Shown here one piece after another: positions 57,068 to 64,000 of a stretch of DNA of 64,000 bases. The DNA lies in contig OZ241362.1 of assembly GCA_965200315.1 (NCBI GenBank), forward strand, positions 2,176,001 to 2,240,000, read 5' to 3'. The DNA is from Candidatus Latescibacterota bacterium. GTDB taxonomy: Bacteria; Latescibacterota; UBA2968; UBA8231. A program made the translations under genes and the position numbers. Position 1 is the stretch's first letter. Each line of letters begins with the position of its first letter. The notes under the pieces are model-generated. The model saw nothing but the letters and a program-made list of their open reading frames with translations. It ran no database searches and had not been told where the DNA came from.

Positions 57068-58543
57068 TCACCGCCTCCAGCCCTTCTCTAGCCGGCTCGC
57101 CTGTTTCTTCGACAGCCCACCCAACGCCTTCATGGCGTCCAACAGCCGCATCCGCGTCAATTCTGGCCCCAAGAGCGCGGCGGACTCAAACAGCGGCGGC
57201 CCCACCCGCTCGCCAGTCAGCGCGACAATGAGCGGTACGGTCACGTCGCGGACTGGCCACTCCCAATGCGCGGCCACCCGGCGCACGGCGGTGGCCACGC
57301 TGTCTTTGTCCCACTCCGCCACCTCGTCCAAGGCCCACACAGCCGTTTGCAACATTCGCGCTACCTCGGCGGCCTCCCGCTTTTTCGGCACCAAATCCTC
57401 GGCCTTTGGCTCCACCTGCCGGGCAAATAAAAACGCCACGCGCGGCACAAAATCCCCCAGCGTCTCTAGCCGCTGCTGCATAAAAGGCAGCATCTGCCCC
57501 ACGTATCCGTCGTTGAGCAGCCAGCCCTTTAGCTCCGCCAACAGGGCTTCCGGCGTCCGATCTTCGCGCAGATAGCGTCCGTTGAGCCAGCCCAGCTTGT
57601 CTATGTCGAAGATGGAGCCGCCCAAATTGAGCTTCGCCGGGTCGAAATGCTCGGCTAACTGCTCCACGGTGAACTTTTCGTCTCCGATCGGCGGATAGGC
57701 CATCAGCGCCAAGTAATTGAGCAGGGCCTGCGGCACATAGCCAGCGCGGCGATAGTACTCTACCGAGGTCGGGTTCCGCCGCTTCGACATCTTGGAGCCG
57801 TCGGGATTGAGCAGCAACGGCAGGTGCAGGTACGTCGGCGGCGTCCAGCCAAAAGCCTCGTAGAGCCTGAGGTGCTTGGGCGTGGAGGTGATCCACTCCT
57901 CCCCCCGAATCACGTGGCTGATCCGCATCAAATGATCGTCCACTACCACGGCCAAGTGGTAAGTCGGAAAGCCATCGGACTTCATCAGCACTTGGTCGTC
58001 CATATTCCCCCACTCTAGGGAAATCGGCTCCCGGAGCATATCCTCGACTATACATGCTCCCTCCTTCGGCATCTCCAGCCGAATCACATGCGTACATCCC
58101 GCCTGCATCTTGGTCTCTACCTCTTTAGCAGACAGCCTCCGGCAATGTCCGTCGTAGCCGATATGCTCCTTGCGCTCCTGCTGCTCCGCCCGCAGCGCGG
58201 CCAGCCGCTCGCTCGTGCAAAAGCAGGGATAGGCATGCCCGCTGGCGACCAACTTCGCAGCGTATTCCGCGTAGATGGACAAGCGCTCGCTCTGCCGATA
58301 CGGGCCGTAAGGACCGCCCACATCGGGGCCCTCGTCCCACGTCAACCCCAACCACCGCAGCGACTGCATGAGCTCATCTTCGTACCTCTTTTGCGACCGC
58401 GCTTGGTCGGTATCCTCGATGCGCAGCACAAACTGCCCTTCGTTTTGCCGCGCCCACACCCAATCGAACAGCGCTTGATACGCGGTCCCTACGTGCATGG
58501 GGCCGGTCGGCGAAGGCGCGATACGCACTCTCACGTCTGCCAT
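57068..58543 (-). CDS. gltX: Glutamate--tRNA ligase
   Basis: RIAPSPTGPMHVG (HIGH motif), LRIEDTD, PYRQSER, HVIRGEEW and KMSKR. Confidence 0.96.
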   Translation of the reverse strand: MADVRVRIAPSPTGPMHVGTAYQALFDWVWARQNEGQFVLRIEDTDQARSQKRYEDELMQSLRWLGLTWDEGPDVGGPYGPYRQSERLSIYAEYAAKLVASGHAYPCFCTSERLAALRAEQQERKEHIGYDGHCRRLSAKEVETKMQAGCTHVIRLEMPKEGACIVEDMLREPISLEWGNMDDQVLMKSDGFPTYHLAVVVDDHLMRISHVIRGEEWITSTPKHLRLYEAFGWTPPTYLHLPLLLNPDGSKMSKRRNPTSVEYYRRAGYVPQALLNYLALMAYPPIGDEKFTVEQLAEHFDPAKLNLGGSIFDIDKLGWLNGRYLREDRTPEALLAELKGWLLNDGYVGQMLPFMQQRLETLGDFVPRVAFLFARQVEPKAEDLVPKKREAAEVARMLQTAVWALDEVAEWDKDSVATAVRRVAAHWEWPVRDVTVPLIVALTGERVGPPLFESAALLGPELTRMRLLDAMKALGGLSKKQASRLEKGWRR

Positions 58544-58716
58544 CTTTTATCTCCTCGTCTTTGGGCTATAAACCAAGCCCTAGCCGCTCCTGCACAACGC
58601 GGCCTATTGCACATTTAGCTTTTTTTCCTAAGTTTATAACTTATAATGATTAACGTGCTTTCGCTGGCGTCCCGCCGCACGTATTTCTCGCCCTTTCAAT
58701 CCAATAGATAGGATTT

Positions 58717-59898
58717 ATGCTGTTTACCGAGCTCGACCTAGCACCCTACATCCTCAGAGCACTCGACGAGATGGGCTACGAGGACATGACGCCCATCCAA
58801 GAACAAACCATTCCCCACATTATCGCCGGCAAAGACGTCATGGGCCTAGCCGAAACCGGCTCTGGCAAGACCGGCGCCTGCGCCATCCCCCTGATCCAAG
58901 CCACAGACGAGTCGCTCAACGCCATCCAAGCCCTCATCTTGGTCCCCACCCGCGAGTTGGCACTTCAATACGTCCAAGAGGTGGACGAAATCGCCAAGTA
59001 CTCAGGCGTGGTGCCGTTTGCCATCTACGGCGGCTTTGACATGGACATCCAAAAGGCCAAGATCAACCACGGCGTTCACGTGCTCGTGGCCACGCCGGGC
59101 CGTCTCATCGACTTTATATGGAATCACAGCCTCGACCTGACCCACGTCAAAACTGTGGTCCTCGACGAGTCCGATGAGATGCTCAAGATGGGGTTTATCG
59201 AAGATGTGGACTTTATCTTGTCCTGCATCATGCAGGAACACCAAACCTTGCTTTTTTCCGCGACCATGCCCCCGGAGATAGAGCGGCTGACCCGACAATA
59301 CCTCAAGTCGCCCGAGCGCATCCATCTCAACCGCCACCAGCGGGCACCCCAATCGCTCGCCCATCACTTCCTCCACATTTCCCGCCGCCGCTGTGACGCA
59401 CTCGTCAATTACATTGAAGACCAAGATATCCAACAGGGCATCATCTTCTGCAATTCGCGCGACAAAGCATCCGACTTGTTCCGCGATCTACAAAGGCGCG
59501 TCCGCTCGGTCGATATCATCCACGGCGGGCTAGACCAAGAGCGGCGCACCTCCATCTTCCGCCGCTTCCGCCAGCAGAAGATCCGCTTTATGGTAGCCAC
59601 GGACGTGGCCGGGCGCGGCTTGGATTTTTCGCACGTCACCCACGTCATCAACTACGACTTTCCCTTTAACGCCGAAATCTACACCCACCGCACGGGCCGG
59701 GCCGGGCGCATGGGCCGGGCCGGTAAGGCCCTGACCTTGGTCGGCGACCGCGACCTCCGCGACCTCAAGCGCCTGCTCAACGCCAACCGCATCCACGCGC
59801 ATTGGGAAGGCACTGCGCCCGACTTGGACGACATCCGCGCCAAACGCAAAGGTCGAGGACGTAGACGTAGCCCGCGCGGCAAAAAACCTACCCGATAG
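58717..59898 (+). CDS. DEAD/DEAH-box RNA helicase
   Basis: Q motif, AETGSGKT, PTRELA, TPGR, DESD, SAT, VAGRGLD and HRTGRAGR; basic C-terminal tail. Confidence 0.93.
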   Translation: MLFTELDLAPYILRALDEMGYEDMTPIQEQTIPHIIAGKDVMGLAETGSGKTGACAIPLIQATDESLNAIQALILVPTRELALQYVQEVDEIAKYSGVVPFAIYGGFDMDIQKAKINHGVHVLVATPGRLIDFIWNHSLDLTHVKTVVLDESDEMLKMGFIEDVDFILSCIMQEHQTLLFSATMPPEIERLTRQYLKSPERIHLNRHQRAPQSLAHHFLHISRRRCDALVNYIEDQDIQQGIIFCNSRDKASDLFRDLQRRVRSVDIIHGGLDQERRTSIFRRFRQQKIRFMVATDVAGRGLDFSHVTHVINYDFPFNAEIYTHRTGRAGRMGRAGKALTLVGDRDLRDLKRLLNANRIHAHWEGTAPDLDDIRAKRKGRGRRRSPRGKKPTR

Positions 59899-59944
59899 AG
59901 CCGATCAGACGCTCTCCGCAGCGCACCAGCTAGCGGTCGTTTGT

Positions 59945-60727
59945 TCACGGCGCATCCGGTGAATTGGCTTTTTCCAACTCAGGCAGCAACCCGTATTTGA
60001 CCCAACCAAAATTTGGATCTATTCCAAGCGCCTTTTCAAAGGCCGCTCGCGCCTGCTCCAGCTCACCTCGGTCTTGGTAAACGATGCCGAGCCAAGCGTA
60101 GGTTTCCCTGTGCCCCCATACTGGCTGGATGGGATCGGTCGGCTCTTCTTGGGCAAAGAGTTCGGCGGCGCGTTGGAGCCCTTGCAGGCCCTTTTCTTTA
60201 CTTCCACCAAATATTTTGGGGGTATTAAAATCGCTGATGGCCGCGCTTAGTACCACGCGCGGATTGTCGGGAGCGAGTTGCTTGGCTTTCTGGATAGCCT
60301 TTCCAATTTTGGGACCCAAGAGTATGGTTTTCATAGGACTCAGGCCGATTTGTTGCCCGTACACGCTTGAGAGCAGAGCATAGGCTTCAGCCGCTTGCGG
60401 GTCAATCTCGGTAGCCTCTTGTAAGTGCCCGACAGCGGCTTTAAGGTGATCAAGAACCTGATCTTTGCTTGCTCGGCTCGAGCCCAATAGCCCGGCAATG
60501 CGGTAATCGGCCAAAGCGATGTAGTAGTGGCCCCATGCAGACAGACCCGTGTCGGCTAGGGTACGCTCAAACATCGCCCTAGCCGCGTACATAGAATCGA
60601 GGGCACTCTCATTTTCAGCAGCTTGCAGCATCTGCTTTCCACTGACGAGAAGACTATCGGCCGGTTGGGCGAGGGCAGGATGGGTAATCGAGATAATGAA
60701 AGCGAGTGAGAGCAGAAAACGTCGCAT
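59945..60727 (-). CDS. Secreted TPR protein
   Basis: Signal peptide; helical repeats; DNPRVVL...P.WG...FEKALGIDP; paralogous to the C-terminal part of 62991-64000. Confidence 0.8.
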   Translation of the reverse strand: MRRFLLSLAFIISITHPALAQPADSLLVSGKQMLQAAENESALDSMYAARAMFERTLADTGLSAWGHYYIALADYRIAGLLGSSRASKDQVLDHLKAAVGHLQEATEIDPQAAEAYALLSSVYGQQIGLSPMKTILLGPKIGKAIQKAKQLAPDNPRVVLSAAISDFNTPKIFGGSKEKGLQGLQRAAELFAQEEPTDPIQPVWGHRETYAWLGIVYQDRGELEQARAAFEKALGIDPNFGWVKYGLLPELEKANSPDAP

Positions 60728-60747
60728 AAGGGCCTCTCTAATGAAGT

Positions 60748-62985
60748 TTAGTAGTTCAGGAAGACGGAGACACCAAAGTAAATGGATCGGCGAAAGAGGG
60801 TGGTGCGTAGCTGGCGCTGAGTATAGTCGATGCTGTAATCATAGTCGAGCACATTTGCGCGGTTGAGCAGGTTGCTGACCGCCAAGTAGAAGACCGCTTG
60901 ATGCCCAGAGCCAAAGAAATGCAAATAGCTCAACTGCCCATCTATCTGTTGAAAGGACGGCAACCGTTCTGAGCCGACGGGTCCTTCTATGGGCAGATAG
61001 TAGCTTTTTTCTACTACGGGAACGGCACCGACGATTGGCGTGATGGGCCGGCCGGTGGCGTATCTCAGGGTCAAACCGCCGCTAAGGGTGCGGACGATCT
61101 GCATTTTTGTAACCAAGGTCAGATTGTGCGTGATATCAAACGGCGAAGGGGCTTCTTCGCGGATCATATCAGACTCTAGGTGGCGCACCTGCAATCGGCG
61201 CGATCGCAACAGACTATAGGCCATCCACCCGCTCAAGCGCGCATTGAGAAAACCACCGTACTTGCAAAAGAGGTCAACTCCAGAAGCTCGACCGCTACCC
61301 GTATTTGCGAGGTTCAGGTCGGGGTCGTCTAGGACGAGATTGCGGTAGGGTTTGTAGTAAGCCTCCAGCCGTACTAGGAGTTGCCCGCGTTCGTGGTGCA
61401 GGCCACCTATCCAGTGTTGGGCGCGTTGGGCCCCCAGATTGGGGTTGCCGCTAGTGGAGTTGTATGTAAAGGGGGCGGGGAATTGGTGGTAGATTCCCCA
61501 AGCGAGCCGGGCATTTGTGTCTTCTGAAAACTGGTATCGCGCAGACAAGCGCGGATCTAGGACAAAACCGTCGCCCAAGCTGTGGTGGTCGGTGCGCATA
61601 CCGACATTGGCGACGATGCGGCGCACGGGTTTGAAATCGACCTCAAAGTAAGCACCCGTGTGCCGACCACCGTAGGAGGTGTCGAGTTCAAAAATCTCTG
61701 CCTCGGGGTCGAAAACATCGCCCTGAGGGACGCTGCCCACGAATCGGCTGTCAGCGTATTCCATTTCAGCACCGAGGCGCAAGATTCCGAAATCGTCGAG
61801 GACGCGTTCCCAGTCCGTGCGAATTTTGCCGGTCCAGTCGCTAGGGATCAGGTCTAGATTGCCCAATTGCCGACGGGTCTTGTACTGGCTGAGCGAGGTG
61901 CTAGTCTGTATGGACCAATCGGCCCATACATCCGTCCACTGGAGATTGTGCAATGCCCTATCACTGCTGTTTCGGTAAAGGCCGTCAAAGGAAGGCTCTG
62001 CGACCTGCACCCCGATCTGGTCACCCGCATTGAAACTGAAAAACTTGAGGCGTCCGGTAGGCGAATATTGATAGATCAGATTGAGGTTGCCATCGTGCCC
62101 TTGCGGAGTGGTGATGAATTCTTCGCGGTGACCATTGACGCGGAGCAAGAGATCAGTAAAGCTGAGATTCCCCGTGAAGCGCAGACCGAGCTTATCCTCA
62201 ACAAGAGGCAAGGCGAGTCCTACAGAGCCAGCAGCGAGGCCCAAACCGAACGTATAGGTCTGTTGTGCGGGCATGTCTAGGCTCTCCATTGCCAGCACCG
62301 CGGAAAGCGCATTGCCGTAGCGGGCGGAGAACCCGCCGGTGGAAAAGGCCGTACCCTGTACCATAAAGGGGGAAATTGTGCCGAATGCTCCGCCGGTGGG
62401 CGATTCGTACCTGTAGGGATGCACCACCGTGGCTTGATCGAGCAGAATGACGGTCTCACTTACATCACCTCCCCGAACAAAAAGACCGGCACCGTCATCT
62501 ACGGTGGCAACGCCGGGAAAGGTTTTGAACGCACGAAAAATATCGGCGGCAGTTCCAGGCGTTGTAACCACATCTAAGGGGGTAAGGGTAACGGTCTCAT
62601 CCTCCCCGGTGGTATAGGTGCTAACTGTGACGACGGTTTCACCGAGTTCAATGAGGATGCGATGCAACACTAGGCGCACCGTTGTGGTATCGCCCGCAGT
62701 CAAGTGCAGGGTCTGCCGGGTGGGTTCAAAGCCGATGAAGGAGGCACTCAGGCTGTGTTGCCCGAGGTGGCGCGTAGAAAAGGCAAAGCGGCCGTCGCGG
62801 CCGGTTATGGCACCGTCGGTGGTGTCGATGATTTGTAAGTTGACAAAGGCTATTGGTCGTTCTGCTTCATCAACGACCTCGCCGCGCACAAAGGCCCGAT
62901 TCTGAGCAAAGGCGGGCAAAGAGAAACAGATACAAAAAAGGAGAGCGCTCGCCCCTTTCCACCAAGCTGTGCATCTCTTATCCAT
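60748..62985 (-). CDS. TonB-dependent receptor with N-terminal carboxypeptidase-regulatory-like domain
   Basis: PGTAADIFRAFKTFPGV...LFVRGGDVSET plug; STGGFSARYGNALS; DPRLSARY; barrel C-terminus. Confidence 0.9.
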   Translation of the reverse strand: MDKRCTAWWKGASALLFCICFSLPAFAQNRAFVRGEVVDEAERPIAFVNLQIIDTTDGAITGRDGRFAFSTRHLGQHSLSASFIGFEPTRQTLHLTAGDTTTVRLVLHRILIELGETVVTVSTYTTGEDETVTLTPLDVVTTPGTAADIFRAFKTFPGVATVDDGAGLFVRGGDVSETVILLDQATVVHPYRYESPTGGAFGTISPFMVQGTAFSTGGFSARYGNALSAVLAMESLDMPAQQTYTFGLGLAAGSVGLALPLVEDKLGLRFTGNLSFTDLLLRVNGHREEFITTPQGHDGNLNLIYQYSPTGRLKFFSFNAGDQIGVQVAEPSFDGLYRNSSDRALHNLQWTDVWADWSIQTSTSLSQYKTRRQLGNLDLIPSDWTGKIRTDWERVLDDFGILRLGAEMEYADSRFVGSVPQGDVFDPEAEIFELDTSYGGRHTGAYFEVDFKPVRRIVANVGMRTDHHSLGDGFVLDPRLSARYQFSEDTNARLAWGIYHQFPAPFTYNSTSGNPNLGAQRAQHWIGGLHHERGQLLVRLEAYYKPYRNLVLDDPDLNLANTGSGRASGVDLFCKYGGFLNARLSGWMAYSLLRSRRLQVRHLESDMIREEAPSPFDITHNLTLVTKMQIVRTLSGGLTLRYATGRPITPIVGAVPVVEKSYYLPIEGPVGSERLPSFQQIDGQLSYLHFFGSGHQAVFYLAVSNLLNRANVLDYDYSIDYTQRQLRTTLFRRSIYFGVSVFLNY

Positions 62986-62990
62986 TGTGA

Positions 62991-64000
62991 TTAACCATCC
63001 AATCCCGGCAATAAGTGGCTCTTCACCCAGCCGTTGTCGGGATTCACTTCAAGGGCTTTGACAAAGGCTTCCCTTGCTCCCTCGATATCTCCGGCTTCTT
63101 GACGCATGATGCCCAAGTGGGCGCAGGCTTCATCGTAGCCCCAAGAGGGCTGCAAAGGGTCGCGGACTTCCTCTTGGGCGAACAGCTCAAGGGCCTGCTC
63201 CAGCTTGGCGATCCCCCGCTCCTTGTCGCCGCCGAACAAAGCAGGAGTATAATAGTCACTTATTCCATCTGTTAAGACAACGCGAGGATTATTGCCATCG
63301 AGTCTCTTAGATTTTTCAAGGGATCTTTTGGTCTCAGGGCCCAGCACCATGCCCAGTTGAGGCTTCAGGCTGAGCTTTTGACCATAGGTGCTAGCTAAGA
63401 GGGCATGGGCGTCGCTGAAGTTGTCTTCTAACTCAGTAGCCTGCTTGAGGTACTCTATGGTTTGGTTGACACTCTGCGCCTGTTCGTCGGGCGCGGACGC
63501 AAAGAGCGTGGCGAGTCGGTATTCGCACAAAGCCAAGTAATACAGGGCAAATTCCTCGTGGTGGCCGTTTTGGCGAGCCTGCTCAAATAGTTTCTGTGCC
63601 TTATATAATTGTTCGAGGTCGGCGGTATCAATTGCCTGCTGAAGCAGCTCTTTGCCCTCGACGAAAAGAGCTTCAGATTCAATGCTCTGATCATTTTTTG
63701 CGTTTTTTTGACCATAGCGCATATAGCGGCTCCCCGTGGCGAATAGGTACACATCTTCAAGATCCGCGGTTTTTACAGAAAATTGATGTATGCTCAAGCT
63801 GTTAAGACGATCTATAATTGCCTCCCTAAACATCTCATCCTTGCCATATATACACGCTCCTTGAGAATTGACGTCGATGTGGGTTACCCCAAGACAGTCT
63901 GCAAAGGTTTCGGGATCGACTTCGGTTTCTACCTCTACTTTGAGGTTTAGCTGAAACTGTTCGAGCAGTTGTGGTACCGGACCAGAGGCAATAATTTGGC
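62991..64000 (-). CDS. TPR protein in one open frame with an ABC-ATPase-like C-terminal tail; 5' end off the window
   Basis: Frame is open from the window edge: QIIASGPVPQLL...VKTADLEDVYLFATG, then the TPR domain. Confidence 0.65.
   Translation of the reverse strand, partial: QIIASGPVPQLLEQFQLNLKVEVETEVDPETFADCLGVTHIDVNSQGACIYGKDEMFREAIIDRLNSLSIHQFSVKTADLEDVYLFATGSRYMRYGQKNAKNDQSIESEALFVEGKELLQQAIDTADLEQLYKAQKLFEQARQNGHHEEFALYYLALCEYRLATLFASAPDEQAQSVNQTIEYLKQATELEDNFSDAHALLASTYGQKLSLKPQLGMVLGPETKRSLEKSKRLDGNNPRVVLTDGISDYYTPALFGGDKERGIAKLEQALELFAQEEVRDPLQPSWGYDEACAHLGIMRQEAGDIEGAREAFVKALEVNPDNGWVKSHLLPGLDG

Overview
GC-rich bacterial DNA. The gene content (many secreted proteins with FlgD-Ig/T9SS-like C-terminal domains, CRTAC1/FG-GAP proteins, DUF6785-like transporters, TPR proteins) suggests an FCB-group lineage such as Ca. 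Latescibacterota or a relative, possibly host- or sponge-associated; this taxonomy is inference. The dominant structure is an apparently uncharacterised cell-envelope gene module present twice (about 6.3-24.8 kb and 30.7-46.8 kb). Each copy has one ~900-aa outer-membrane-type protein with acidic Ca-binding-like repeats, several discoidin-like proteins ending in a TPNGDGxND...WDGRD domain with a terminal Tyr (7 paralogues in total), one DUF6785-like polytopic inner-membrane protein, secreted CBM9/DOMON-like proteins, and interleaved small-molecule catabolic enzymes. PpiC-type foldases and a sugar ABC transporter lie nearby. The window also contains: a xanthine/CO dehydrogenase FAD subunit (partial), an MBL hydrolase, CRTAC1 genes (one pseudogene), intact and decayed toxin-antitoxin modules, an AAA-PD-(D/E)XK gene, an AT-rich islet with a tandem-repeat protein and a GIY-YIG gene, gltX, a DEAD-box helicase, a TonB receptor/TPR locus, a MITE family with 5-bp target duplications, REP-like repeats and a candidate structured ncRNA. 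No rRNA, tRNA or CRISPR array was seen.
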